Made by a program: the position numbers and the translations under genes. This document shows, piece by piece, positions 12,047 through 24,822 of a stretch of 54,373 bases of DNA. Numbering within the stretch: position 1 is the stretch's first letter; every line of letters begins with the position of its first letter. The stretch comes from Conidiobolus incongruus B7586 (taxonomy: Eukaryota), in the NCBI GenBank assembly GCA_000697335.1, contig JNEM01011672.1:1-54373 (forward strand). Reading direction: 5' to 3'. The notes below the pieces were generated by a model, which worked only from the letters and a program-made list of their open reading frames with translations, had not been told where the DNA came from and searched no databases.

Positions 12047-15000
12047 TTATGAAGTATGATCTGGTAATATCATCAAATACGTAGTCTTCTGATCCCACCC
12101 CCAGTCGATATCCCTACTCACATCCAAGTCCATTTGGCTATTGCCTCCGTTTTGATTATGGGTTTTGCCTTCCTCAAGGATGAGTTGTGGCAGGAAGATG
12201 CGGCCATACGTCAGTGGATGGCAGGTGACATACAGGACATTTTTGGAGTAGGGCAGACACAGCAGTGATTTGGTCTTGTATCCCGAGAACACTAAGGGAA
12301 TGCTGTTGAAGTCGAAGGATGCCGACAGCTCTTGTGTAAAACTTGTGAGGTTTTGGATCTGGTACTTGATGGAGAAGGGTTGGTTTTCGAATGCTTGATT
12401 GGGTAGATCTAATTTGTCGTTAAAAATAAAATAATTTTTTGATCTAAGGCAATTACCTATATTCACTTCAATCTTATAATTGGGTATAAACAGTGGTGGG
12501 ATGTTAATATTGGTGAAATTGGGTACTTTATCTTTAAAATCAGCTCTATTATCAAATTAATATATTCCTTAAAAATACGTTGATTGAAATTACCTCCTCC
12601 AAATAATTGTCAATTTCTTAAAATCAATTTTCCAACCTCTATTACCAGGCTCTTCACCCTTTGAATGGTTATTGGAAACGGGGTCAAAATCCAGAGCAGG
12701 ATGTTTCAATTGAAGCTTAATCAAATTTTGCATGGAGAATGGGAAATTGGATTTAAGCACTAAATATAATCAATAATAGATTAATATATTAAATGCTAGA
12801 TTTTTACCTTGTTTCTTTAGATAGCTTCCATGTTCAACCATTTCAATCGAATATCTGTCATGGACAATTCTTTCATTCTAAAAAATAGTTAAGCTTTGTA
12901 TCTGTATGTTAAAACGATGTATTACTTGTTCAATCCATTGAATTTCTTCAATTTCAATGTCGATTTCTTGAGTCCCAGAGATGTTTGCAAGTATCAGATA
13001 CTCCCTGACTATATTCAGATTAGGTGCAATGGATTTGATTATTGTGTCAATATTGCCATCAGTTGATTCGTTGTGAATGTATGGTTTGATCCCAAATTGT
13101 GGCAAGAATTGAAACTCGAGATTGAAAGGCTTAGAAATATTAAATATGCATGACTGTTCCACTTGTAATTTTATTGATGACGAATTATTTAGTTTATGAT
13201 AGATAACCTAAATAACATTATCATGTATATGCATTATTTAATATAAAGATTATACTTACGGTTGCTGACAATTGTCTCTCACCTTCGAATTCTCTAAACA
13301 CAAAATTGAAATTCTGCTCATAAGATTCGCTAGGCTGGATTGATTCAATATTAAATTTAATCAAATCTTTGGAGATCATTTCGGACTGATCGCTGTCTAA
13401 AAGTTTATCATCTACAAATCAAATGAATAACTGATTACTTATTAACGCAAATATAAGTACCTGGACTAGGATTCAAAATACTGATATACAATTCAACTTT
13501 AATCTCTTCCTTATGTTCATTGGTAATTTTAATCGTTGAATTATTGGCTTCATCCAAAAGACATTGAGTAGGAGGTAAAATTTCCAATTTTAGTAAGGAT
13601 ACTGGCTTCTGAATCCTAAAGTGAAATTAGCCAAAATTACAGTTGAGGAATTGCTGAAGTTACTTGATAGTGTGACAAGTTCCAAAAACTCTAGTTTTAT
13701 AAAATTTGAGACCTTGATCTAAAAAATGAATATTTGAAAAATATTATTATATTGTTTAAAATTACCCTCGGAATGAGACAACCACTTAGATGGACTACCA
13801 CCCAAACCCAAAGCATTTGAACCACTCTGCTGAGCGTCTAACGCCGAATACTGCACTTGATCGTTTAACCCACTCAACTTGGAAGACCCTGAAAGGTTGA
13901 CGTCTGGTAACTTTTGTTTGAAAATGATTTGATAGTTGGCATTGGATATGGATCCATGAATCGATGTAACCTATATCCAATTAATTAGGAATTTTATATG
14001 TAATATATTAATCTACCTCTAGGAATTCGGCATCACCAGGAAGTAAAGTAGTCTCCAAAACCTTGATACATCCCTTCCAATTCAATTCCAAATTAGTTGG
14101 AATGATACGTAGCGTATTATCTTCGTAATTATTTGATTCATTATCGGTGTCTTCGTATGGATGCTGAATGAAACAAACTTGGTCGCCATTCAAACTGGAA
14201 TCTATAGCTTTAACCAAAACAGTATCATCATGCTGGAACTGAAAATCGAATTGAGAGTCTTTGAATGACACTTTAATGAAATTTAAATTGAAGCTATCGT
14301 CAGTGTGACTCTTAGCCACGCTGATTTGTAGTTGAAGTTTGACGCCCAAATGCGTGTCGCTTGGGCTGGGATCGAATATGGCGTTGAAGTAGATGAATGA
14401 CGATTTGGGATTGTCGATATCGATTACTACAGTCTTGGGAATAGAATTGGATGTTTCAGAACTTGGTTGTATGGCGGATTCCTAAACATGAAGTTAGCAT
14501 TTAAATATCATCAAATACTATACAAATAGGATTACATTCAACTTCTCACTAATCCCTCTGACGATGTTTTGGTGCTGATCGTCGTTTAACGCAAAATTAG
14601 GCGACAACAATTCGAATGAATTGAGTAAGAACCACTCCGCCGAATTCTCCATATTTTTAGCGCAAGTTAACAAGTTTAATAATACGGTTTGTAATAAATT
14701 GGGCCAAGATTCTTTACGGTAGCTTTTAGCTATTCTTTCGTAAAATCTAATTTCAACATTAGTTATAAATTGTTATGGAAAGTTTTAAGTTAATTACTTG
14801 GAAGCTAAATCATGTTTCCCAGAATTTAAATAAGTTTCAGCAATTTTGGAAGCAACTAATAAAGTCATACGATGACCACGATATTTTTTGAACTGTTCAT
14901 AACTTTTGGATAATACTTCAATGATGGTGGTTGTGGTTTTGGCTGATTCTTCCTCAGTTTCTTTTTCTGAATTTTGATCTTGACTGGTATTTTGCTAAAT

Positions 15001-17030
15001 AATTATTAGATTATGAAATATATTGAAATTAATTGAAAATTCACCTCTTCAAGATAGGCCTTACGTTGACATATCCGATTAATCAAACACTCAGCAGCTT
15101 GATAATAATAGTAACCAGGATGTTGAACTATCGAAATTGGATTCACATCATCATACTGGAAAACATTTGAGTTATTGGGTGAAATATTCGTAGTCTCGGA
15201 AGAAAATTGAAAAGAGGAACCCGAGTGCGTTGTGATTTTAGTTTCTCCAATTCTGTTCTTAACGGGAGATCCGTGTAATAGTAAATTAGATGTCATTGCG
15301 ATGGTTTTGTACTGGGATTGGGACGATGCACTCAAGTTGATAGGATTGAATTTCACTCCGAATTTGATACCGCAATCAAGTAGTTCGGCAAATGCGAAAT
15401 ATCTAAGAAACTATATCAATAATATAACTATAGAATGGTAGAATTAAATTACTGAGAGTATTCCCATTCGGAATATCGGTGATCAGGCAATCCCAAGCCA
15501 CTCACTTTGGACAATCTTAGTGACTTCCCATAGAATAAATGTCTCCTCAGCTGAATTAAAGACAATTGAGGAGATTCCAAATATAGCATTAAACGATTAA
15601 TCTAGATCAAATAAATAAAAACAATAATAGATAGTTTATGGAATAAAGTTACGTTCAAACTCAAACAATCCAAAAATGCTAAAATTTCCATCCACCTCTC
15701 TTTCTTAGACGTACTCAACTCCAATTTAATTAACATTTCTATTAAACTGAAATAACAACTTTCGTAATGTCTAAAAACTTAATTAATCAGAGTCCACTGA
15801 ATAACATGATCAAATTACTTGACAGCTAATTCAAAATCCTGCCGAAATGCCGCAAAGGTCGCCAATTTAAATTCGTAGCGAGCGGCCCATCCCAATATAG
15901 ATAAACCATTCTCGGGGAGGGGACTAGGTAAGTGATTCAGGCGCGAGTACTTCTTCTTAACTATTTTGTACCTTTCGCGATAGTAATTCATACACGATTC
16001 AGCCATGGATTTTTGAATACTAATTGCTGGTTAGTGAATGTAACGATGTGAATATGTTGATATGATCAAAACCTGTGAATAAATTCTGGAAGTCTCCTAG
16101 CAGCTTCGTCGTCTAAAATAAAGAATCCTGTTTTAGGATCTAAACCGGAAGTTCTTCTAATATGTAATAATCTATCCTCAACGAAATCATCTTTACATAA
16201 TAAAATATTAGGAAATTTTTAATATTGGAATAATTTTATAGTTTACCTTGGTTGTTTAAGTTCCAAAATATTGCAATAAGTTTGATGCCTCTTTCATTCA
16301 TAGATTTTCTGAAATCAACTGAATATCAATATAATTAACTTCAAAGTATAATTGTAATAATACCTGTATTCGGAAATAGTCATTGCTAGCGCACTATCCT
16401 TCTCCCTCACAGTATTCTGAACCGAACTCTGATTTAAGATATGGTGCAATTTATTCTCGTCGGTTTGGTCATTACCCTGGTCGAATTTCCACAAATCGAA
16501 GAACATAATATACACTGCTGGCGACTCGTTCTGGTGCTTGGAGCACCACAACGGTGTCATAACGCCGTCTGGAAATAGGGGAGACGCCTGGTTGTTAGGG
16601 GAGAGTGACGAAGAAGTTCCAGGAGATTGACTGGTTTTTTTAGTGGGTAATATAACCTAAATTATATTCAATAAAAAAACTAAAAAACGTACTAAATTAA
16701 TTAATTTACTTTGGGCTGAGTAATAACTTTGAACAAATTATGAGTACCCTTCTGAATAGCTTGGCCGCCTTTCTCGAAAAATTTCTCCCTACAATGTTGC
16801 AAAATGCCCGAATTGGAAGTCAATGGTGCTGTATTTGGAATTGCAGAAAGATGCCACAGTGCAGGTCCATCATCAACACCCCAAGCTTCGATGATTTTTT
16901 TAGTGACGTCCACCTTTTGAGCCGTGTATGACGGATTGGTTGTGGATTTGGGATCGATATCGGGATCCAAGCCTATTAGGGATACGAGTGGTAAGACGTG
17001 TTGGATGTATGGAATTGAATAGTCATCCAT
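12047..17030 (-). CDS. TRAPPC11: TRAPP III subunit TRAPPC11 (Foie gras/Gryzun), multi-exon
   Basis: N-terminal MDDYSIPYIQHVLPLVSLIGL, SPLFPDGVMTPLWCSKHQ, GWAARYEFKLATFAAFRQD, QHPGYYYYQAA and C-terminal VFSGYKTKSLLCLP..PLTYGRIFLPQL, separated by many short introns. Confidence 0.85.
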
Positions 17031-18942
17031 CTCAATTAATTATTATTATTATTTTCTATTAATAATTTTCAATATTGATAATCTTCAATGATATTTTTTT
17101 TGTTTTAGATGGATATGAATATTCAGGATTGGTATAATTTCATTTAATATCTTATTTTGTTTTTTCTGTTAAAATATGGGACTGGGTTGAATTCAAGTAA
17201 TAAAGTTAGAATAGAATTGATTGAAATCTGTCAAGATATTTCAATAATATCTAGTTGCTATGCTTTAATTTTGTCATATTAAATTGTTTGAAGTAAATAA
17301 TATATACCTATGGTTGGAATACCACTACAAAATATATATTATAAAATACCAGTAATACTAATGAGGATATAAAAGATGGGTAAATTTTCAGCAAATTTCC
17401 AAACAATTATTGAGCCAATGATAAAAATCATTAGTTTTACAATCATCTTTACTAATGTAATTATATTCTACATATTAAAATTATTTAATAATATCAAATT
17501 ATTAACAAAAAATACAAATCTATATTAAAGTGACTGCAATACAACCCAAATGGATTTCTTGGATCGATATTGCGAATCAACCACCCGTTTTAATTAGCAC
17601 ATTCTTACTACTCTGAGGATCGATCCATACAATAATTAGTATCGGTACTCCTAATAGTCACTAAACTATATCATTATATTTGATAAAAGATTTATAATAA
17701 ATGACATAATCCCTGATATACAAAATTGAACGGAACCAAATTGAATGAAATTTCTAAATTATCAAGTATGTTTTTGAAATATGAAAAAAATTATAATTCA
17801 TAAATCAATGTATATATGGCTTTTATAATATCTTAAATTTCTAGTTACATATATTTAATCGTTATTAAATATTTCTATTATATGAATTATATTAATCTAA
17901 TACATATAGTTCAATGATTTAGTAAAAAATATGAGTATTACAATAGTTAGGAATACAATTTGCCTAATATTATATGATTAAATGCTAATATTGAACTTAA
18001 GCTGATATTTTATATTTCTACTATTGTTAATAGAAAATATGTTTCATAAAACTTAAATATATATATAACTATAACAAATCTATGATTTGATATTAATATA
18101 AATTGTTCATAATCATAAATTATCTAATCAGATCTAATCTTAATTATAATTTTGGTTTTTTAATATTTGATAAAATATGAAATATATCATTATATAAAAT
18201 TATAAATTCATCATTATAAAGAATAATATTAGATAGAGTTGATTAGATAAAATAAATGGTAACTTTTAATTAATTAGTATATATCATCATTAATTTTGTA
18301 ATGCTATTTATTTTTATTTTGTGATAAGATTATCAAATGATCAGTGTGGTTTTATGATACAATTATTAGAATTTTTAAAGATATTTATACTAGAGTTGAT
18401 CATGGAAGAGAAGGGGATTCACTCTTCAAAATACAACAATTATATAAAACAATTAAATCTCTTATAGGTATTTAAAAAGTTTACTATATTAGGTGTATAA
18501 TTAGAGGAATTGAATTCTTTAGGGGGTACGTTTGGTCAATGGTGCGAAAGTAGCAGTTACATACACAAATTTTGTGAAACTAATATATCAGATAATTTAT
18601 CTGTTGATACCTCGTCAATTAGGAAGATATTAGTGAATAGATGGCTATATTAATGCTTAACGCAAAGTTTTACCACAGAACATCTAAATTCGTAACTTTA
18701 GCATACAAAAACTATTACAATTTGATAATAATTATGTATATATATTATACAGAGTGACAATTGGAGCACGAAAGACGAAATATTTAAATTGTTGTATGTA
18801 GAGTGAGAGTGTAAATGAATATAGAGTAAAAAGGAGAGAGAAAGATTTAAGAAAGTGAATTAACGAAATCAAGCATATTGGATGATGGAGAAAAAGTGGA
18901 AATGGACCAAAAATGAGATAACATTTAATCCAAAGTACAAGA

Positions 18943-20169
18943 TCAAAGTTGGTCAGCTAATGTTTCCATTGCTTGGTGCTGAAGATCTGTAGCAATTTGA
19001 CGGATCTAATAGAATACCACATATTAACAACAATCAAGATAATAGAATAAAATATCCTACCGTAAATATATCCATTTCTGGAAGTCTAGATAAAAATGCC
19101 TTAATTTCTGAATTTTCTAACTCTTCTAACCTTTCTCGATTTTGCTGTAAGATAGCTATAACAAAATAGTATAAATATTAGTTCAAGATAGTATACCGAT
19201 AAAGTTTACCTATGCACATATATAAATGAAGATCCATAAAATTGGTAGTTCCAAAATATAAATCCCAAAGAGATATTAGTGTCGCAGGGGGCATTTCTTT
19301 GGCGAATAAATTCGTTAACCAAGATGTAGTCCATTCGTATATTGACACTTGTTCTTCTTCAAAATAATCATTTCTATAAAATATTAGTAATTTTAGTAAT
19401 TTTATTACAATTGGAATATATCAAAAATATTACAAATCGGGTATTAACATTCGGAATAAAGTTTGGAAGCGAGTGAGCTGTATTTCCAAGGGGTTTGTAT
19501 AGAAGTAATCGTCTAGATATTAAATTAATCTAATTTGAGCCAAGTGGATCTTAAATATAATACCTATTATTTGCATTAGGTTCTTAAAGCAATAAAATAC
19601 TTCTACTTCTCTTTCTAATACCAACACAAAAGGTGTACAGAGATGAACCCAACTTGGATTAAATTCCGCTTGCTTGTTATAGTTCAAGTATGCTCCAATA
19701 ACATCTTCATATAACTTGCTAGGGAGAACCTTTTGTATTCTATTTTGAAGTCGACTGACTTCACCACGTATCTTGTTAGTATATTCATGGGTTTGAGGTC
19801 TAAGTTGAAAGTATTCCGCTTCATTGAGCTTATAAGTTTCCATATCATTAGCTAAATAAAATATTTAATAATTGTTCATAATATATAGTACAATAGATGA
19901 ATGTTACTTCTATCAGCGCTTTCAACTTTGAGTAAATACTTCCATACATCCTAAAATGATTATTGGTCAAGAAGTTCATTGTAAAAAAAACCATCAAGGT
20001 TTACCCCACGTAATTCGTCGGGGATGCCATATCTAGAAATCTGACGTAGTTTAGTCAAGTCCACATACATTTCAGCACCTAAAAGAGTGGAAAACTCTTG
20101 GACTACATCTTCACAGTATACATCGTTTTGAGGAGACCATTGTTTATGAACGGGAGATGAGGGAATCAT
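18943..20169 (-). CDS. TBC/Rab-GAP domain protein, multi-exon
   Basis: LRQISRYGIPDELRG-DVWKYLL, EVFYCFKNLM, EWTTSWLTNLFAKEM..LISLWDLYF and FLSRLPEMD. Spliced stop TGA at 18943-18945. Confidence 0.85.
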
Positions 20170-21489
20170 TGGTTATATTAATCATACACTAAATTTTGTC
20201 AATGGAAATCTATTTATATTGAAGCACTTGAAACCCATTTTCAAATAAAATCTCATGCACTGAACAACTCGAATTTATCAAATAAAATGTCTTTAACATT
20301 TGATTGGCTCATTTTTCACTCATCTAACACTTTTCCAGATCACTTAGATTATGAGAATTGTTATCAAACTTGAAATTCACTTCAGTCTCAAAATTTTTGA
20401 ATCAATAATCGAGCCAGAGATATTTCAGACTTACTTCATCTCAGTCCATTTATTGTCATATTAAAAGGATGGAATTTAAAACTATATTTAAGCTTAGGAT
20501 AATATATCATAGATAGTACTAAATATAATACTGGCATGATAAGGCTATGATTTTTGTATAATTAATTTATTACTTCATATTAATGGAATAATTAGCTTCC
20601 CTCAGGATTTGAAAATTTTCCATTTTTATTATTCTCATATTTTATCCCTTACCAACTATTGAAATTAACTCTAAATTATAACAACATTCCATATACTTTA
20701 AAAATAATATCATAAAAAACAGCCAGTTAATTTGAATATATGAAAATAGGGATAAATTAACAAATTATACTAATGATATTATTAATTTCGATAATGTAAA
20801 AAATTTGTTTTATAACATTCTAACCATTTATTCCGATAAACCCTGGTACTAAATTTGGGAAATAGTGAAGTGGATAATCAGATTATACATTTGACCAAAT
20901 TTCCTAATCTTCACAAGAGTCAAAAGTCCAAAATATATTATTACATTTACTATTGGTCTTCAAATTATTCAAGGAAATTTGCGGGATATCTAGGTTTCTT
21001 GATAAATTAAAATTTATAACTTAATTCTAATTTTTTTTAATAACTTTCATTGCTGGTATCAAGTTAATATTATGAATTTGAAAAAAAATAATTACTAATA
21101 GAGTATAAAGCAGACGATGACAATCTTATAAAAATTTATTAGTTAAATTACTTTAGTATGGTTTAATTACACTATATCCCATTTCAATCATCTATAAAAC
21201 AATTAATTCTAGCATATTTCAAATTCAATTAACCATATATTAATCAATATTGTGAAATATACTTATCTGATAATTAATGAATTAAAAATCATTTTCAATC
21301 AAATAATAATTCTCTTTGCCATTATTTTTTTTCATTCATATGTAACTAAAGACTTGAATCATTTGACTTCACAACAGAATATCAATTTAGGTATTTTAAA
21401 ATGACAATATAAAATCTATGGCAAGGAATTTAGAACCAGATTGAGGTTTCTATTCAATATATTTTTATAATCAATTTTATTGATTTATT

Positions 21490-23270
21490 TTAACTTAGAT
21501 ATCGCTCACAATTAAAATTGTCCAAATCCTGCATAGAGTCTAGAGATCCCAATGGAGTAAGCCCCAACCCCAATGTTGAAAGGCTGGCTCGATTGACTGT
21601 TAAATAGTGAGAGAGTGTGTTTCTAGCAGTATTGGCGTTTTGATTCATCTCAACATAACATTGAAGATGCTTGAAAGTCTTGCTTGATCAAGGTTATATA
21701 TGCAAATATCCACAATTACCACATGTTTTGCTTATATAATGCTTATCACAGATGATTAACTCGCACTAAAGGTATTCTCTTATTTGGTTGAGTAAGTATT
21801 ATTTAAATCTGTAATAAAACCATCTTAACATTACATTTATACTTTTACTCTCAATCCATTTACTAGCTTTTCTCCCCATTTTTTCAGTCTCCAATTAAAG
21901 TAAAATTATGCATTTTTTTATTAATCAATTTGCTAAGTTTCTTACATACCTTATCCAGAAGGTTTTGGATTTATTTTCTGATTTTGTAATATTTTCCTTA
22001 GTAGATTTCTTTAAGATTATCTGATTTATAACTTATTATAAGTAAAATAGAAACAATGAATTCTCTCAATATCTTTTTTACTCAAGTTACAATCTAATTA
22101 AAAAAGAGTAATTAGTTGTAAAAGATTATATGTTTGGATCAAAATCTAAAATTCTTTTTTTATATTTCACAAAAAAGCTTTATTATCTTAATTAATTTTT
22201 AGTGGTATCAAAATGTGTTCTTGAAGTTTAATAATAATAGAATAATATGGATATTTAATTTATATGTAGAGGAAGATAATATCAATTATGATTATTTAAT
22301 TTTATATTTGTAATTTTTAATAATTAGATTAATTAAAAATAATGAAATATCTTTATTATAAGTTTACATAAAAATATTAAGTTAATTCAACAATATAAGG
22401 TATTGGTATTAAGTTTACAATAATCAAAAAATAAATTATATAATACTTAAGGGTATAGTATTGAATAATTAAATATTTTAAAATATGAATTCAATATTAT
22501 ATATCAGTAAAATATGATTAAATGTGATAAAATGAACATAAAATAAATTCAAAACGAAATATATCACAATTAATATCTATAACAAATTTTATCATTTAAA
22601 GGTAATAACTATAATTGAGCTTTTCTGGAAATGGTCTAGTTGTTTGAATTAGCTTGCTATTAAAATAGGCATAGTGGAAAACATTTTTTATCTAGTAATT
22701 AAAATTAATAATAACTCAAATTAATTTTATATACTTTTATATTATATTATTTCTTGTGAGTGATAAAATTGGTCTTTATATTTTTAGGAAGTTGTGTATT
22801 GTTATGTTTAAATATAAGTAATTTCTAATACCAACTAGATTTCATCCTTTGAGCTTTTTATATTTACATATTTGATATTAGTTTTTTAATTTATTTTATT
22901 TACTCCTGTCAACCATTCTGAAATATTGATTATAAGTCTAGTTTATTACTCTAAACCGTTCTATCAATATATCTTCTTGTTAAGGTTTGGAAACAGCTTA
23001 ATTTTGTTTTTTTTCTATCAGTTTTTTGAAATTTTTTAATGTCTTTTTTTATGTTGTATTTTATTTTCTTCATTTTTGTATAATATATTTAATTAATCTT
23101 AGTTATAAAATAATTAGATATTTTAAAAAGTAATCTTTAAGTTCCCTTGTTAAATCATGCTTTTTGTGGATTTAACAAAACTATTAGTTATGTGATAGTT
23201 TTTTAAAGATGAACCTATGGAATTTAAATTGTTAACAACAATGTTTTTCAAAATAATAATAATTTTAGAG
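21490..23270 (-). pseudogene. Fanzor2 (IS607-TnpB-derived RNA-guided RuvC nuclease) pseudogene
   Basis: In order: KIKLFPN..ILIERFRVIN*TYNQ (~22925-23005); PFPEKLNY..*MIK (~22590-22640); RuvC-I ILDFDPNI*SFTTNYS (DP at 22135-22140); KDIERIH..YNKL*; IQNLLDKVCKKL; IILL*LETEKM..MLRWFYYRFK*YLLNQIREYL*CELIICDKHYISKTCGNCGYLH (TCGNCG 21709-21726); SKTFKHLQCYVEMNQNANTARN (21619-21648, ancestral DRDxNAARN). The 5' boundary is approximate. Confidence 0.88.
22216..22584. mobile_element. 369-bp AT-rich insertion interrupting Fanzor, solo-LTR-like
   Basis: Fanzor homology stops and resumes at its edges. Termini are TGTT...AACA (TGTTCTTGA vs TGTTATAGA inverted). No clean TSD. Confidence 0.4.
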
Positions 23271-23595
23271 AATAATCCGTTTATAAAATTTTTTAATAAA
23301 TATAAAAACTATTTGATTTGAGGCTAAATTTCAATCTAATATATCACACGATTTCATATTCGGGAAGCTTTTTTAAGGTGTTAATTTTGACGTTTCAAAG
23401 AGACTCTTGTATCGTAAGTTTCTAGGTCGGGCGTGGCTTTTTAGGTTGATTGAGAAGTTGTCAAATATTGGAAACTGGGTGAAACTTGAATTTACCTAAA
23501 GTTCATATGGTTTTAATCTTTTCTGTTCTATTCTAATGTTTAAGACTTGTTGATGAGATTGTAAAATATTGAATTTTAGAAGCAGGAATAATCAT
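23060..23595 (-). pseudogene. tnpA: IS607 TnpA (MerR-like HTH + serine recombinase) pseudogene
   Basis: IPASKIQYFTISSTSLKH*NRTEKIKTI*TLG (HTH; cf. S..TLRRW...GKIKTIRTPG); YDTRVSLKRQ (catalytic YARVS-like, 23399-23416); PEYEIV (23347-23364); FINGLFSKIII, FIFKKL, RELKDYFL..NYFITKIN (C-terminal helix, ~23090-23147). Confidence 0.75.
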
Positions 23596-24822
23596 ATTTG
23601 CTCATATTTGACTGAAGACGGTAATAGTGTATTTGCTGCTGTACTTTTTGAAATTAAACATTATTGTAAAACAATAACCAAAAATCTGTGTTGCAAGTGA
23701 TAGTTTATCTCGGCCTTAATTAAATATTGATAGGCGTGCTCAGAATCATTGGAAGTTTCGGGAATGGTTAAAGAATTTAAATGGGTTCATAATTGAAAAA
23801 TAAATTTTATTTAAGCTTGATAGTTGAGAAGCAGTAAATTTAAAATATTTTTAACATACGATTGTTAAATTTAATGTTATATATGATTTAAAAAGAATAT
23901 GAGAATATTTATTAATATCTCTCTGATTAATTTACTAGAATTTTTTTCCAACATGAGCAACCAAATATCATTATACCATGAATATATTCTATTTTAAAAT
24001 ACCATATGATGAGTATTAACATATCAACTACTAAAAGATTCTAATTTTGCCATATTTAAATTACACAACATGAAGCCAAATATTTATCAGCTAGAGTTTG
24101 TAAAAATTATCACTATATATTTAAAAACCTCTGGTAGTTTATTTAGATCATAAATATACCTCAATATTAGATTCAATCCAAATGAAATTAGAAATATTTA
24201 GTTTAATTAATAAAAATTCTCTTACATATATTATTTCATTATATTTAATTAATTGCACTTCAAATAATTGCCACATTATCTATAAAATTATATCATTTGA
24301 AATTAGCAATATAAGTTCAATGTTGAATTGTGATTACTAAACTTCGAGAAAATATCATCTGACTCAGTATCCCTATCTTTTTAATATCCTGATTAATCTA
24401 TTATTCTCTCAAAATTCAGTCCCAACTTATTTTTAATATTGTGTGTTGTAGTTATATAACAATAATATTATTTATTGATATGGTATACTCTAATTTCATC
24501 GAACTAAATTCTAAGTTTACTAAACTTTATTAGTAATAATTCAAGTCTAATCGAAGTATTAAGAATATATAGTTAATACCTCTATATTTTCCAATTTTTT
24601 CGTAATTCAACATGTAAAGACTCATACTTTTTATTTGGCAAGGTTGATTTTTAATAGCAGATATCATTTAAAAAATTTCCCAAATAATTTTATAATGGAC
24701 TGTTCTTAAGACCTCAAATATCAATCCCATAATTAAAATAAATAACCACATTGATTATATATGGATGATTTCAACTTTGGGAATAATATAAAAAAAACAA
24801 AATAATAATAATTATTATAAAT

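Larger units (their letters stand above)
21490..23600 (-). mobile_element. Decayed IS607-family element (TnpA serine recombinase + Fanzor2/TnpB); outer ends not defined
   Basis: Ordered TnpA and Fanzor2 motifs recovered by manual minus-strand translation through stops and frameshifts (see the two pseudogene entries). Confidence 0.85.

Noticed and set aside
18400..18900. Purine-rich/GC-elevated patch downstream of the TBC gene
   Set aside because: Only short frames without motifs; most simply the TBC 3' UTR and intergenic DNA.
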